From contig JAAEES010000009.1 in assembly GCA_013415575.1 (NCBI GenBank), positions 1 to 35,437 on the forward strand: a DNA stretch of 35,437 nucleotides, given 5' to 3'. The stretch is from Methanomicrobiales archaeon (GTDB taxonomy: Archaea > Halobacteriota > Methanomicrobia > Methanomicrobiales > Methanospirillaceae). This document shows positions 24,195 through 33,993 of this stretch, piece after piece. The notes beneath the pieces were generated by a model that saw only the letters and a program-made list of their open reading frames with translations, was not told where the DNA came from and did not search any database. The translations under genes were made by a program, and so were the position numbers. Numbering within the stretch: the first letter of the stretch is position 1; every line of letters begins with the position of its first letter.

Positions 24195-24731
24195 CTACCG
24201 CCGCCCGGCAGAACCGGTCAGGAACAGGATACGGCAGCTGTGCTCTGCAAGTGAGGTGAGAATGTATGCCTCGTCAAGGTTCTCTCCTGCGGTAAATGTC
24301 CCGTGTCCCCGGGCAACAACGACCCTGTATACGTTCAGGGCACCTGCAACCTGCTCTGCCAGGTCATCACTGCCGCAGGCTCCACCGACAACCGGTATAA
24401 GGGGGGCAAGCAGCATCCCCTCTGCATCTACCGGAACTATCCGGTCACAGGCGAGTGAGCAGGCAACCGCATGTGGAGGGTGGGCATGGACGATGGCCTG
24501 GTGATTGGTGATGCCGTAGGTTGCACGATGGACCCGGTACTCACCTGAGGCATGTTCCGGAACATCGCCCTCCATCGGAACGTAGACAGGAGTTCCCGGG
24601 ACGTCAAGGTACGATCCGCTCCGGGTGATGAAGAACCCGTTTCCCGACCTGACGCTCATGTTGCCGAAACTGCCACAGAGGAGCCCTTCGGCAAAGAGCC
24701 GTTTTCCAATCCGTTCGATATCAGACCGCAT
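24195..24731 (-). CDS. Class II aldolase/adducin family protein (FucA-like)
   Basis: GNMSVR, ASGEYRVH, VHAHPP and RGHGTF; ATG 24731 after GGTGGAG. Confidence 0.9.
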   Translation of the reverse strand: MRSDIERIGKRLFAEGLLCGSFGNMSVRSGNGFFITRSGSYLDVPGTPVYVPMEGDVPEHASGEYRVHRATYGITNHQAIVHAHPPHAVACSLACDRIVPVDAEGMLLAPLIPVVGGACGSDDLAEQVAGALNVYRVVVARGHGTFTAGENLDEAYILTSLAEHSCRILFLTGSAGRR

Positions 24732-24774
24732 AGCTCCACCTTCGGAGAGGTCCGGGTGTCCCTGATTTCCGCAC

Positions 24775-25425
24775 TCACCTGAACTGGATGCCGACATCCT
24801 TCATCTTATTGTACCGGGCGATGTTGAGCAGGAGCGGGGTGAGACATTCTACCATGCTGGACACGGCGAGCGGGCCGGCATCGTAGGACTTTACCCCCGG
24901 GATAGTGCGGATGAGTTCCATCACCGTCGCCTTGGCATTGCCATCATCACCGCAGACCGGTACGGCAAGGTCGAGCACTTCGGTGAGGGCTTTCCATTTA
25001 TTTGCCGCCACCGTATTGAATGCCGAGCAGACCGTGGTCCCTTCGGGAAGCATCTTTCTGACCAGTAGTGCCGCGGAGCCCTCTTCCGGAGGGGTATAGA
25101 CAAAGAACTCCCGTTTCTCCATGGGATTGATCGGTGAAACCACGATCTTGTCCTCAAATCCACTGAGAGATGACAGAGTCGGCACGAGATGCCTGAACGG
25201 GATTGCAAGGATCACAATATCTGACCGGTCGATTGCTTCCTGGTTCGAGTGACCGCTCAGGCTGCACCGTATCCCGAGCCCGGTGAGGGCAGCGGTGCAG
25301 GTAGTACAGGAACTCTCTGCCTTGTCCTCCTCTCGGGAGCCGATAAACACATCGTGATTCGGCGAGAGCCGCATGGCAATACCCTCGCCGATATCACCGG
25401 TCCCGCCAACGATGCCGACCTTCAC
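24775..25425 (-). CDS. npdG: NADPH-dependent F420 reductase (Fno)
   Basis: GIVGGTGDIG, IGSR, PEEGSAA, SAFNTVAA and DAGPL...VECLTPLL. Confidence 0.92.
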   Translation of the reverse strand: MKVGIVGGTGDIGEGIAMRLSPNHDVFIGSREEDKAESSCTTCTAALTGLGIRCSLSGHSNQEAIDRSDIVILAIPFRHLVPTLSSLSGFEDKIVVSPINPMEKREFFVYTPPEEGSAALLVRKMLPEGTTVCSAFNTVAANKWKALTEVLDLAVPVCGDDGNAKATVMELIRTIPGVKSYDAGPLAVSSMVECLTPLLLNIARYNKMKDVGIQFR

Positions 25426-25698
25426 TTATTCCACCAGCGGCATCAGCATGGTCTCGAGTGATTCGGCACTGGTGAGGCCTTCCAGAGTCCTCACCACCCT
25501 GCCGTCTTTCTCGATGATGAGCGTCGGCACGACCCGGATCGCGTACTTGTTGGCAAGGTCCATGTGCTGGTCGACGTCGATCTTCCTGATCTCGATCCTG
25601 TCGCCCATATTCTGCTTGAGCTCCTCAAGAATGGGTCCCTGGACCCGGCATGGCCCGCACCACTCGGCAAAAAAGTCAATCAAAACCGGTTTTCCCAT
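25426..25698 (-). CDS. trxA: Thioredoxin
   Basis: DFFAEWCGPC and IRVVPT; start set at MGKPVL. Confidence 0.9.
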   Translation of the reverse strand: MGKPVLIDFFAEWCGPCRVQGPILEELKQNMGDRIEIRKIDVDQHMDLANKYAIRVVPTLIIEKDGRVVRTLEGLTSAESLETMLMPLVE

Positions 25699-25753
25699 GT
25701 GCATTACCTTCACAGGAATCGGTCCAAAAAGGAGATAAAGATTTTTATTCGGT

Positions 25754-27211
25754 TTATTTGGAGAGTATTGCCATGATTATCTTTCCATAGGCGGGCCGGG
25801 TAATAAGCACCCCAACCAGCACCCCGATGATGGTGATGATGGCAAACCCGCGGAGGGTGGAGAGATCCATGAGTGCAAGCGGGATCATGGCGATGACCAC
25901 CGTTGCCGCAGACACCATGATGATCCCAACTGCCCGGGTGAGCCTCTTCTGATACAGGTGAGGAGATGGAACCCTCCCTTCATGCAATACCTCGTCGGTT
26001 ATGATGACCAGCTGGTCAATTCCCGTTCCGAGCACGGCAATCAACGCTGCAATTGCCAGGAGATCCAGCTGTTGCTGAATGAGTGCAGCGATACCCAGAA
26101 GGATAACAATCTCGGACAGATTGGTACCGATCATTGGGAGCACAATTGCCGGTTCACGGTACCGGTAGAAGATGACAACACCCACCGCGATGGCCGCGAC
26201 GACGAAGGCAAGCACGGACATCGTTTTGAAATAATCTCCCAGTGGGGCAGAAACTGATCCCGATCCCGCAACGCTGACCCCTACCGGGAGCGCCCCTGCC
26301 CGAAGGTGGATCTCCAGGTTCTTGGCGGCATTCAGTCCTTCCTGACCGGATCCGGTGGAGGCATAGAGCTGCCGAATTGGCTCAACCTGCAATTTTGCGG
26401 CGAGGTCCTGTGAGAGTGGGGCGGTGTACACCATGGCATCATCGAGGACCATGTCGAGCCAGTGGTTGTCCGGGTCAGTAGTTGCCCCGTACCTGATTGC
26501 GGCATCCCTGAACTGGGCAGCCCCGTCTTCGGAGAGGGTAAACGAGACCCCCCACCGGTCACTTCCCGGCGGTTCCTGGGAAGGTATGCCGACTGTGGTG
26601 ATGGCATCCCCGTACAGGACATGCTCGGTCTCATTGCCCGTGGTATGGATCCTTATCTCAAACTTCCCTTGCTTACCGACGATATCTTTTGCCTGCGAGA
26701 GGCTCACGCCCGCCAGTTCGACCCGCATATAGCGTGTCACTCCTGAGAGACTGGTAAGGGGGTTGACCTTTGCATCACGGGTGCCAAGTGCGTTGAGCTT
26801 CTGCTCAAGGATCTGCTTGACCTGCTCACCGGTCTCCTTCGAGACCCCCTGTTCATAGCTGGTGAGCCTCCCTCCCGCCGCGGTAAAGATCTGTCCGAGC
26901 TCAGGCTCGGGAACATACTTCCTGATCTCAAGTTTATCATCGGCGATCAGGTATATCTCGGCATCAAGCTCCGTCTGGAGATCGGTGAGGAAATCCGTTA
27001 CCGGCCGGCTGGTCTCAAAGCCAACTACTTCTGACTGGAATTCCATCTGGAGCCAGCTCCCTTCGGAGAGATCGAGGCCGTACTGGAGATTCGTTGTCAG
27101 TTTCCCGTCTTCTACATGGGGAAAAATGAAGACCACCGAAGCTACCAGCAGAATGACAAGCAGGGCCACCTGCCAGTTCTTGAGCAGCTCGATGAAATCC
27201 TTCCGGTTCAT
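25754..27211 (-). CDS. secD: Protein-export membrane protein SecD
   Basis: LQYGLDLSEG, LRAGALP, GTGIDQLVIITDE and LRGFAIIT; ATG 27211. Confidence 0.94.
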   Translation of the reverse strand: MNRKDFIELLKNWQVALLVILLVASVVFIFPHVEDGKLTTNLQYGLDLSEGSWLQMEFQSEVVGFETSRPVTDFLTDLQTELDAEIYLIADDKLEIRKYVPEPELGQIFTAAGGRLTSYEQGVSKETGEQVKQILEQKLNALGTRDAKVNPLTSLSGVTRYMRVELAGVSLSQAKDIVGKQGKFEIRIHTTGNETEHVLYGDAITTVGIPSQEPPGSDRWGVSFTLSEDGAAQFRDAAIRYGATTDPDNHWLDMVLDDAMVYTAPLSQDLAAKLQVEPIRQLYASTGSGQEGLNAAKNLEIHLRAGALPVGVSVAGSGSVSAPLGDYFKTMSVLAFVVAAIAVGVVIFYRYREPAIVLPMIGTNLSEIVILLGIAALIQQQLDLLAIAALIAVLGTGIDQLVIITDEVLHEGRVPSPHLYQKRLTRAVGIIMVSAATVVIAMIPLALMDLSTLRGFAIITIIGVLVGVLITRPAYGKIIMAILSK

Positions 27212-28086
27212 TTTGCACCCCGCTTCCTTCCGGTTTCCTTTCTCTGTCCGGATTCCTGCTTTTGCACGAACCACTTAATAATCCCGGCATTGGTCAGCCA
27301 CGTGTTCACCATGTCGATCACGAGGCCGATCAGGAGCACACTCGCAATATCCCGGATGACCGTTATCTCACCGGCGAAGGCGACCACCCACATCGCAGCA
27401 ATTGCGGCAAGTGTTGTGGTGGTCATGATGATACCGGTGTGGAATGCCCCGGAAAGCTTCTCATTGAGCTTCCCCTGCCGCTTGAGGACACGCATGGTCA
27501 GGAGAATATCGCTGTCAACCGAGTATCCGATGAGCATCAGGAGGGCGGCGGTGGTAGGGAGCGTGAGTTCGATGCCGATCACCGACATCACTGCGGCAGT
27601 CATGGCGATATCTGCAAACGCAGACAGCACCACGGCCCCCGCAGGGACGAAAGACCGGAAAGCGAGGAAGACCACGATGGCCATCCCGATAAATGAGATG
27701 GTAAGGGCGAGGAGAGCCTGTTCCTGGAGGGTCTGGCCGAATGAAGGACCTATCTGGTCGATCTTCGCATCGGGATACTGGTCATTCACGAGCGTCGCAA
27801 GCGATTCAAAGGCTGCATCGTCCATTGGTCCGAATTTAATGAATTTTTCCCCTATGGGCTCAATGAGCGGATATCCTGAGAACGTAGCCCTGAGAGTGTC
27901 AGGATTTTCCGGATTGAGGAGGGTGACTGCCGTACCACCCGAGAAGTCCATCCCCGGTTTCACCGGCATCCCGGTTGATGCCATATTGTAACCAAGGATG
28001 GCCAGTGAGATGATGAGGAGAACCATGGGAAGCACCACCATCTGTCTGGGGGTGTACCGGTTCACATCATAGGTGACGAATCCCAT
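27208..28086 (-). CDS. secF: Protein-export membrane protein SecF
   Basis: GMDFSGG, IGPSFG, LMLIGYSVDSDILL and TWLTNAG. Confidence 0.94.
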   Translation of the reverse strand: MGFVTYDVNRYTPRQMVVLPMVLLIISLAILGYNMASTGMPVKPGMDFSGGTAVTLLNPENPDTLRATFSGYPLIEPIGEKFIKFGPMDDAAFESLATLVNDQYPDAKIDQIGPSFGQTLQEQALLALTISFIGMAIVVFLAFRSFVPAGAVVLSAFADIAMTAAVMSVIGIELTLPTTAALLMLIGYSVDSDILLTMRVLKRQGKLNEKLSGAFHTGIIMTTTTLAAIAAMWVVAFAGEITVIRDIASVLLIGLVIDMVNTWLTNAGIIKWFVQKQESGQRKETGRKRGAK

Positions 28087-28232
28087 ACCCACTAAGTTCG
28101 TGATCCTGATGTAAAATCCTTCGGATGGCGGGAAGAATCATGCCGAAGAAACATCAGGGACATGATCCGGCCTTGATGATCGCGCCGGAAAAAAAGAAAT
28201 TATTAAATAACGATAGTGGTGAGTACCTCACC

Positions 28233-28547
28233 ATGAGATCTCCACAAGAGATCAGGACGGTTGTTGAGAACCGGCTCAGGAACTACATCTCCCGGGACAG
28301 GACCGGGATACGGCGTGCCCTGCTGCAGCTCTTTCTCCGCCTTAAATCACTCACCATCGCAGAAATCTTTGAAGCTCTCAACCGGAAATTTACCATCAGT
28401 TACCATTCCGTTGCAGCCATGGTGGGAATCATCGCATCCAAAATCGGCATCCTCCATGTGAATAAGAACCGGGAGAATCCCTGCAGCGTCTATTCCCTGA
28501 AAGAACAGTATGCGGATACGGTCGCACGGATTGTCGGAACGGTCTGA
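28233..28547 (+). CDS. DUF2551 family (wHTH-like) protein
   Basis: RLRNYISRDRTGIRR and SVAAMVGIIASKIGIL; GGTGA SD at 28218-28222 and an A-rich BRE/TATA at about 28188-28210. Confidence 0.78.
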   Translation: MRSPQEIRTVVENRLRNYISRDRTGIRRALLQLFLRLKSLTIAEIFEALNRKFTISYHSVAAMVGIIASKIGILHVNKNRENPCSVYSLKEQYADTVARIVGTV

Positions 28548-28601
28548 AACCTTCCGATGATTACTTTTTTTACACCAGCCTGCGCATGCATTGAGCATAG
28601 T

Positions 28602-28904
28602 ATGCATGCCCGACTCAACAACAATTTTTCCCCCGATGACATCCGGATCGCCAAAGACGTGGTGGACTATATTGAACGGCGGAAGTCAGATTTCCGCATT
28701 TCAACATCATGTGGCGGCCCGATACTTCTCCCTGTCAGCATCAAGCCTCCCAAACCTACCGATCTCCAGATACCTGCAGGGGATTGGGTGATATTCGTCT
28801 CCATTCATCAGGCACGGTATCTCTCTGCCGTGCATATGGGAATGGTCCCCTTCTTCCTGGATGAGATGGATGAAGAACCCCGTGCCGGTTGCCATGAGTT
28901 TTGA
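28602..28904 (+). CDS. Conserved-looking hypothetical protein with a TSCGGP motif
   Basis: DFRISTSCGGPILLPVSIKPPKPTD; overlaps the archease start. Confidence 0.7.
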   Translation: MHARLNNNFSPDDIRIAKDVVDYIERRKSDFRISTSCGGPILLPVSIKPPKPTDLQIPAGDWVIFVSIHQARYLSAVHMGMVPFFLDEMDEEPRAGCHEF

Positions 28905-29301
28905 AGAACTGGAACATACTGCTGATGTGAGGCTGCGGGTGAAAGCAGGATCGCTGGAATCTCTCTTTTCTGAAGCAGCCAGGGCCCTCATGGTGGTGAT
29001 GTACGGTTCTGCAGAACCCGGACCGATGCGAAGGAGCATTGAAGTACAGGCAGCAGATCCCGAATCGCTGATGCATGCGTTCCTCTCCGAGGTGCTCTAT
29101 ATATCCGAGGTAGAGGAGATGGTCGTCTCCGGCGCAGAAATCAGGTTGAATGAGGGCAGGCTTGAAGGAGAACTCACGGGAGAGCCCTTCTCCCCGGCAA
29201 AACACCGTTCAGGTATGGAGGTCAAGGGAATCTCCCTTTCCGGCCTCTCCGTATCCCGGGACAATCATACTTATATTCTTGAGGTCATCTTTGATGTGTG
29301 A
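28894..29301 (+). CDS. Archease
   Basis: FEELEHTADV, EVKGIS and terminal IFDV; directly upstream of rtcB. Confidence 0.92.
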   Translation: MSFEELEHTADVRLRVKAGSLESLFSEAARALMVVMYGSAEPGPMRRSIEVQAADPESLMHAFLSEVLYISEVEEMVVSGAEIRLNEGRLEGELTGEPFSPAKHRSGMEVKGISLSGLSVSRDNHTYILEVIFDV

Positions 29302-29307
29302 GGTGCC

Positions 29308-30741
29308 ATGCTTCAGGGAGTAACAAGAATAGGGCCATACGAGTGGGAAGTGCCGATTGGGTTTGTGCCGGACATGAGGGTTCCGGGAAGGTTCTTTCTC
29401 TCGGACAGGCTGGCCGAAACCCTTGAGCCCGGGGCAATCCAGCAACTGGCCAACGTGGCCACGATGCCGGGGATCGTGAAAAATTCCCTCGCCATGCCCG
29501 ACATTCATTGGGGATACGGTTTTCCGATCGGAGGGGTTGCTGCATTCGGCATGGAGGAAGGAGTAATCTCGCCCGGCGGAGTCGGCTTTGATATCAACTG
29601 CGGAGTACGGATCCTCACCACGCCCCTATCAGCAGCCGATCTCGTCCGGAAACGGGAATTGATCGAGGGGTTGTTTTCCGCTGTACCGACCGGAGTGGGA
29701 GCAAAGAGCACGCTCCGGCTTGATCAGAAGGAGCTCCTGGGTATGCTCAGGGGAGGTTCGAAATGGGCGGTCGAGCACGGGTTCGGTATCGAAGAGGATT
29801 TTCTGCACTGTGAGGAACAGGGCTCGATGGTTGGAGCGGATCCTGAAGCGGTATCGCAGAAAGCTCGCCAGCGGGGAATGCCGCAGAGCGGAACGCTCGG
29901 TGCAGGAAACCACTTCCTCGAAGTCCAGATGGTTGAGGAGGTCTATGACCCTGCAGCGGCCTCGGCCTATGGTATCTCGGAAGGGCAGATCTGTATCATG
30001 ATCCACTGCGGTTCCCGCGGACTCGGACACCAGGTCTGCACCGATCATCTCAGGATACTGGAAGCTGCCACCAGGAAGTACGGGATCACTCTCCCGGACC
30101 GGCAGCTTGCCTGTGCCCCGCTCTCCTCCCCTGAAGGAAGGGCGTACTTCGGGGCGATGGCGGCAGCAGCGAATTATGCATGGGCTAACCGGCAGGTGAT
30201 CATGCATATGACGAGGGAAGTGTTTGCACGGATGTACTCGATAGCGTATGAGGACATGCACCTTGTCTATGACGTAGCCCACAACGTGGCCAAATTCGAG
30301 GAGCACACAGTCGATGGCAGGCGTATGCGGGTCTGTGTCCACCGGAAAGGTGCTACCCGGGCCTTCGGGCCGGGCTCCCCTGACCTGCCACCGGCCTACC
30401 GGGAGGCTGGCCAGCCGGTGATCATCCCCGGGAGCATGGGGACGCCATCCTATCTCCTCCATGGAACTGCCGTGGCAATGGAACGGACATTCGGGAGCAC
30501 CTGCCATGGGGCTGGGAGAGTCATGAGCCGGACGAAGGCCAAGAAAATGCTCTCCGGTCACGAGGTCAAGGAAGCGCTCGGAAAAGAAGGAATCCTTGTC
30601 CGTGCCCACCATAACGGGGCTATCGCTGACGAGGCTCCGGAAGTTTATAAACCGAGCGACGAGGTGGTCAGGGTTGTGCACGAGGCCGGATTATCGCGTC
30701 GTGTCGCCAGGTTCAAACCGCTGGGTGTGATAAAGGGATGA
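29308..30741 (+). CDS. rtcB: tRNA-splicing ligase RtcB
   Basis: MPDIHWGYGFPIGG, DINCG, GNHFLE, HCGSRG, HN, HRKGAT and CHGAGR. Confidence 0.97.
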   Translation: MLQGVTRIGPYEWEVPIGFVPDMRVPGRFFLSDRLAETLEPGAIQQLANVATMPGIVKNSLAMPDIHWGYGFPIGGVAAFGMEEGVISPGGVGFDINCGVRILTTPLSAADLVRKRELIEGLFSAVPTGVGAKSTLRLDQKELLGMLRGGSKWAVEHGFGIEEDFLHCEEQGSMVGADPEAVSQKARQRGMPQSGTLGAGNHFLEVQMVEEVYDPAAASAYGISEGQICIMIHCGSRGLGHQVCTDHLRILEAATRKYGITLPDRQLACAPLSSPEGRAYFGAMAAAANYAWANRQVIMHMTREVFARMYSIAYEDMHLVYDVAHNVAKFEEHTVDGRRMRVCVHRKGATRAFGPGSPDLPPAYREAGQPVIIPGSMGTPSYLLHGTAVAMERTFGSTCHGAGRVMSRTKAKKMLSGHEVKEALGKEGILVRAHHNGAIADEAPEVYKPSDEVVRVVHEAGLSRRVARFKPLGVIKG

Positions 30742-31313
30742 TCCGGCGGTGCGCCCTTGTCTGGGATGAGAAGCTGGTCTTCTCCCGGTACATCGAGGAA
30801 TGCGGTGTGAACTGCGAGCACATCACCCCCCACATGGTTGCCGCCCCGTTCTACCGCGGCCGTTTTGCCACGCTGATCATTCCCACCGGTTTTGCAAACC
30901 CTGCATTCTCGAACCTGCTCCCTGCCCTGAAAGCGGCCGCACCCCGGATACGGCGGTTCATCGAGCAGGGAGGAAAACTCCTCGTCTTCGGAGCGGCATC
31001 AGCCCGGGAGGATGCATATGACTGGCTCCCTATTCGTCTCCGGTATTACCACCAGTACGGTCCGGTAACCATCAGTATTGATCGGGATAACCCCTTGTCC
31101 TGCCTTGTTGAGGGGTACGACACCAGTTGCATTGAGTGCGATGGTTACTTTACTGATTTCGAGGGATCGGTGATTGCCAGGGCCGGTGAGAACCCGGTAA
31201 TGATCAGGACGGCACTCGGAAAAGGAGAAATTGTGGCAACCACCATCCATGAGTATCCCTCGCGTCCGTTCCTTGCTTCATTCTGCACGGCACCGGAGGA
31301 AACATTATTTTGA
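30738..31313 (+). CDS. Hypothetical protein, class I glutamine amidotransferase-like fold
   Basis: LIIPTGF, IRRFIEQGGKLLVFG and GKGEIVATTIHE. Confidence 0.7.
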   Translation: MIRRCALVWDEKLVFSRYIEECGVNCEHITPHMVAAPFYRGRFATLIIPTGFANPAFSNLLPALKAAAPRIRRFIEQGGKLLVFGAASAREDAYDWLPIRLRYYHQYGPVTISIDRDNPLSCLVEGYDTSCIECDGYFTDFEGSVIARAGENPVMIRTALGKGEIVATTIHEYPSRPFLASFCTAPEETLF

Positions 31314-31344
31314 CTGGGAGAGAGGGATGTATGGAGAAGTACCG

Positions 31345-31767
31345 ATGAATCGCTACGTTATCTCTCAGGGTTCGACTGCAGGGGATCTCGAGCCGTTGGG
31401 GATGGCCATCCATGAACTGCTGAACCGCCTTCCTATCACCGCACGTTCCCGTGATAATCCCGGGATCAGGATTGAGGGGGGAACGGTCGTTGACAGGAAG
31501 TACAGCGGACCGGTACTCGAGGAGGTTCTTACCGGGAACAGACTCCTGAAGAAGACTCCGTCATCAGGGGCATACAAGGGAGTGCCAGTGGTGGTAAGTC
31601 CGATACGGGATGAACGCGGAGATGCCATCGGTGCAATCGGCGTGGTGGATATCACCGGTATTTTCGATCTCGCGACCCTGATGGAGCACCAGTCGGCCAT
31701 TCTCCAGCAGGTGTGCGGGAAGGACCCCTGTCCACTCCCGGGTGAACAGATAGTGGCGAAAAGGTAG
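31345..31767 (+). CDS. DUF2111 family protein
   Basis: LPITARS, YSGPVLEEVL, GAYKGVPVVVSP and AIGVVD; alternative start at 31327. Confidence 0.78.
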   Translation: MNRYVISQGSTAGDLEPLGMAIHELLNRLPITARSRDNPGIRIEGGTVVDRKYSGPVLEEVLTGNRLLKKTPSSGAYKGVPVVVSPIRDERGDAIGAIGVVDITGIFDLATLMEHQSAILQQVCGKDPCPLPGEQIVAKR

Positions 31768-31772
31768 TCCTG

Positions 31773-32750
31773 ATGTATACAGCAGCATTCAGAGTGCTCG
31801 AGGTGCTCGAGTCAAGCGAAGGGCCGGTTTCGGGTGGAAATATCAGCGAGAGACTGGGAATCTCCCGTTCGGCGGTCTGGAAGCATGTGAAGGAGCTCAT
31901 CAGCATGGGCTATGAGATCTCTGCATCCCAGAAGGAGGGATACCACCTCACCAAAAAGAGCAACCGGCTCCTCCCCTACGAAATTCACAAACACCTGCGG
32001 ACCAGTTTCATCGGGAAGAAGATGCGGTACTTCGAGAACACCCCATCAACTATCTGGGTCGGGAAGAAGCTGGTAAGTGAGGGTGATGCACAGGAGATGC
32101 ACGGGATGGTGATCATCGCAGAAGAGCAGACCGGCGGGATCGGCCGGCTCGGACGCTCATGGGTTTCTCCTGCCGGAGGGATATGGATCACCATCGTACT
32201 CAAACCCGATATTCCCATTGACCGGGTCTTCATGGTGACCATGGCTGCGTCTGTAGCCGTTGCCCGGGCCATCCGCAAGGAGTTTGATCTCGGGGCCCTC
32301 ATCAAGTGGCCAAATGACATCTATATCGGCGATAAAAAGGTTGCCGGACTCCTCCTCGAGCTCTTTGCCGAGGCCGACGAAGTCCACTACTGCCTGCTCA
32401 GTATCGGGGTGGACGTGAACATCTCGCCGAGCCAGCTCGAACAGGTAAAGAGCTCGGTGACATCGATCAGCGCCGAGATGGGGTATGATGTCGACCGCGC
32501 CTCGTTCCTCGCCCGGCTCCTGAAGGAATTTGAGAGCCGCTACCTGCTCATCGAGTCCGGGGAGTATGAGGCGGTCACCCGTGAATGGAAGAGCTTCTCC
32601 TGCACGCTCGAGCACCGTGTCAGGATCAATACCATGAAAGCGACGTTTGAGGGAGAGGCGATCGACATCGATGACTTCGGGGCGCTACTCATCAGAAAGG
32701 ATAACGGGAAGATCGAGCGGGTGATTGCCGGCGACTGCATCCAGCGATAG
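31773..32750 (+). CDS. birA: Bifunctional biotin-protein ligase/repressor BirA
   Basis: N-terminal HTH (VSGGNISERLGISRSAVWKHV), GRLGRSW, KWPND, KVAGLLLE and AGDC. Confidence 0.93.
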   Translation: MYTAAFRVLEVLESSEGPVSGGNISERLGISRSAVWKHVKELISMGYEISASQKEGYHLTKKSNRLLPYEIHKHLRTSFIGKKMRYFENTPSTIWVGKKLVSEGDAQEMHGMVIIAEEQTGGIGRLGRSWVSPAGGIWITIVLKPDIPIDRVFMVTMAASVAVARAIRKEFDLGALIKWPNDIYIGDKKVAGLLLELFAEADEVHYCLLSIGVDVNISPSQLEQVKSSVTSISAEMGYDVDRASFLARLLKEFESRYLLIESGEYEAVTREWKSFSCTLEHRVRINTMKATFEGEAIDIDDFGALLIRKDNGKIERVIAGDCIQR

Positions 32751-32756
32751 CCATTT

Positions 32757-32790
32757 ATCGTCAACCCGGGAAAAATTAATGGTTGACGAT
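32757..32790. promoter_or_regulatory. BirA-type operator upstream of bioY
   Basis: Perfect palindrome ATCGTCAACC-N14-GGTTGACGAT (GTCAAC-N16-GTTGAC) between birA and bioY. Confidence 0.85.
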
Positions 32791-33325
32791 GTGGGGAGAT
32801 TCCGGGCGACCTGTACTTATAGCCAGTACCGCTGCCTTCACCGGCCTCATTGCCATCGGATCATGGATAGCTATTCCATTCGTTCCTGTCCCGCTCACTC
32901 TCCAGACCCTCTTTGTGATCCTGTCCGGTGCAGTGATGAGGAGGTATGCGGTCCTTCCGAACGTGCTCTACATCCTGATGGGTGCGCTGAACATCCCGGT
33001 GTTCCACAGCGGAACAGCAGGAATCGCCGTGCTCCTTGGTCCCACCGGGGGGTATGTCCTGGGGTTCGTCCCCGGAGCGCTGGCGACAGGCCTCGCCTAT
33101 GAGCACCGGAATCCGGTCCTCCGGATCACCGGTATCATCATCGGCCTTGCGATCATCTTCCTCTGCGGGATGACCTGGCTCTCATTCTCGGCCGGAATCT
33201 CCCTCTCCACAGCTTTTCTCATCGGAGTGCTCCCCTTCATCCCCGGGGATGCGATCAAGGGGTATGCGGTCTACCTCATCGCCGGGCGCCTAGAAGCCCT
33301 GGCCGACCGGGGCGGGGATCCATGA
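32789..33325 (+). CDS. bioY: Biotin transporter S-component BioY
   Basis: PVPLTLQT, GPTGGYVLGF and GVLPFIPGD; ATG 32789. Confidence 0.93.
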   Translation: MWGDSGRPVLIASTAAFTGLIAIGSWIAIPFVPVPLTLQTLFVILSGAVMRRYAVLPNVLYILMGALNIPVFHSGTAGIAVLLGPTGGYVLGFVPGALATGLAYEHRNPVLRITGIIIGLAIIFLCGMTWLSFSAGISLSTAFLIGVLPFIPGDAIKGYAVYLIAGRLEALADRGGDP

Positions 33326-33993
33326 TCGAGATCCGGGACCTGGCCTTCCGCTCGATCAGGATCGGGCACCTTCTCATTCCTGATGGCACCACCGCCCTCA
33401 TCGGGGCGAACGGGAGCGGGAAGACGACCCTGCTCCGCCTGCTTGCAGGGCTTACCCCTCCGGATACCGGAAGCATCACCGTTGACGGAATGCTTCCGGA
33501 ACCCGGTTGTGCCGGATTTGTCAATGAGTACCCCGACAGAAACGCCCTCTTCTCCCGTTTTGCCGATGAACTCGCCGCACCGCTCCGGTTCCGTCATATA
33601 CCCTGTGAAGAGCTGGAGCAGCGGGTCAAAGAGGCCGCCGCAACTGCCGGCCTCGAGCGTCAGCTTGAGCGGACCATGGATACCCTCTCCGGAGGAGAAA
33701 AAGTTCTGGCAGCACTCCTCTCGGCCCTGATCTCCTCCCCTGAGACCCTCATCCTCGACGAGTTTGACTCGCATCTCGACTATGACTCACTGGTGCTGGC
33801 GGAGAATCTCATCTCCTCATCGGGTGCACGGAGGGTGATCCGCTGTACCCAGAATATGGACCTTGCTGCACAGTACGGGAGGGTCATTGTCCTGCACCGG
33901 GGAAGAGTACTCAGGGCGGGCAGCCCGGAAGAGGTCTTCCCCGCCCTGGAAGAGACCTGCTGCTATCCTTTTTCCTGGAGGGCCTTCCGGTGA
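33322..33993 (+). CDS. ECF transporter ATPase (A1)
   Basis: GANGSGKTT, LSGGE and LILDE. Confidence 0.88.
   Translation: MIEIRDLAFRSIRIGHLLIPDGTTALIGANGSGKTTLLRLLAGLTPPDTGSITVDGMLPEPGCAGFVNEYPDRNALFSRFADELAAPLRFRHIPCEELEQRVKEAAATAGLERQLERTMDTLSGGEKVLAALLSALISSPETLILDEFDSHLDYDSLVLAENLISSSGARRVIRCTQNMDLAAQYGRVIVLHRGRVLRAGSPEEVFPALEETCCYPFSWRAFR

Noticed and set aside
16256..30741. Inteins in aIF5B, TFB or RtcB (frequent archaeal intein hosts)
   Set aside because: All three have normal lengths (592, 336 and 477 aa) and uninterrupted motifs.
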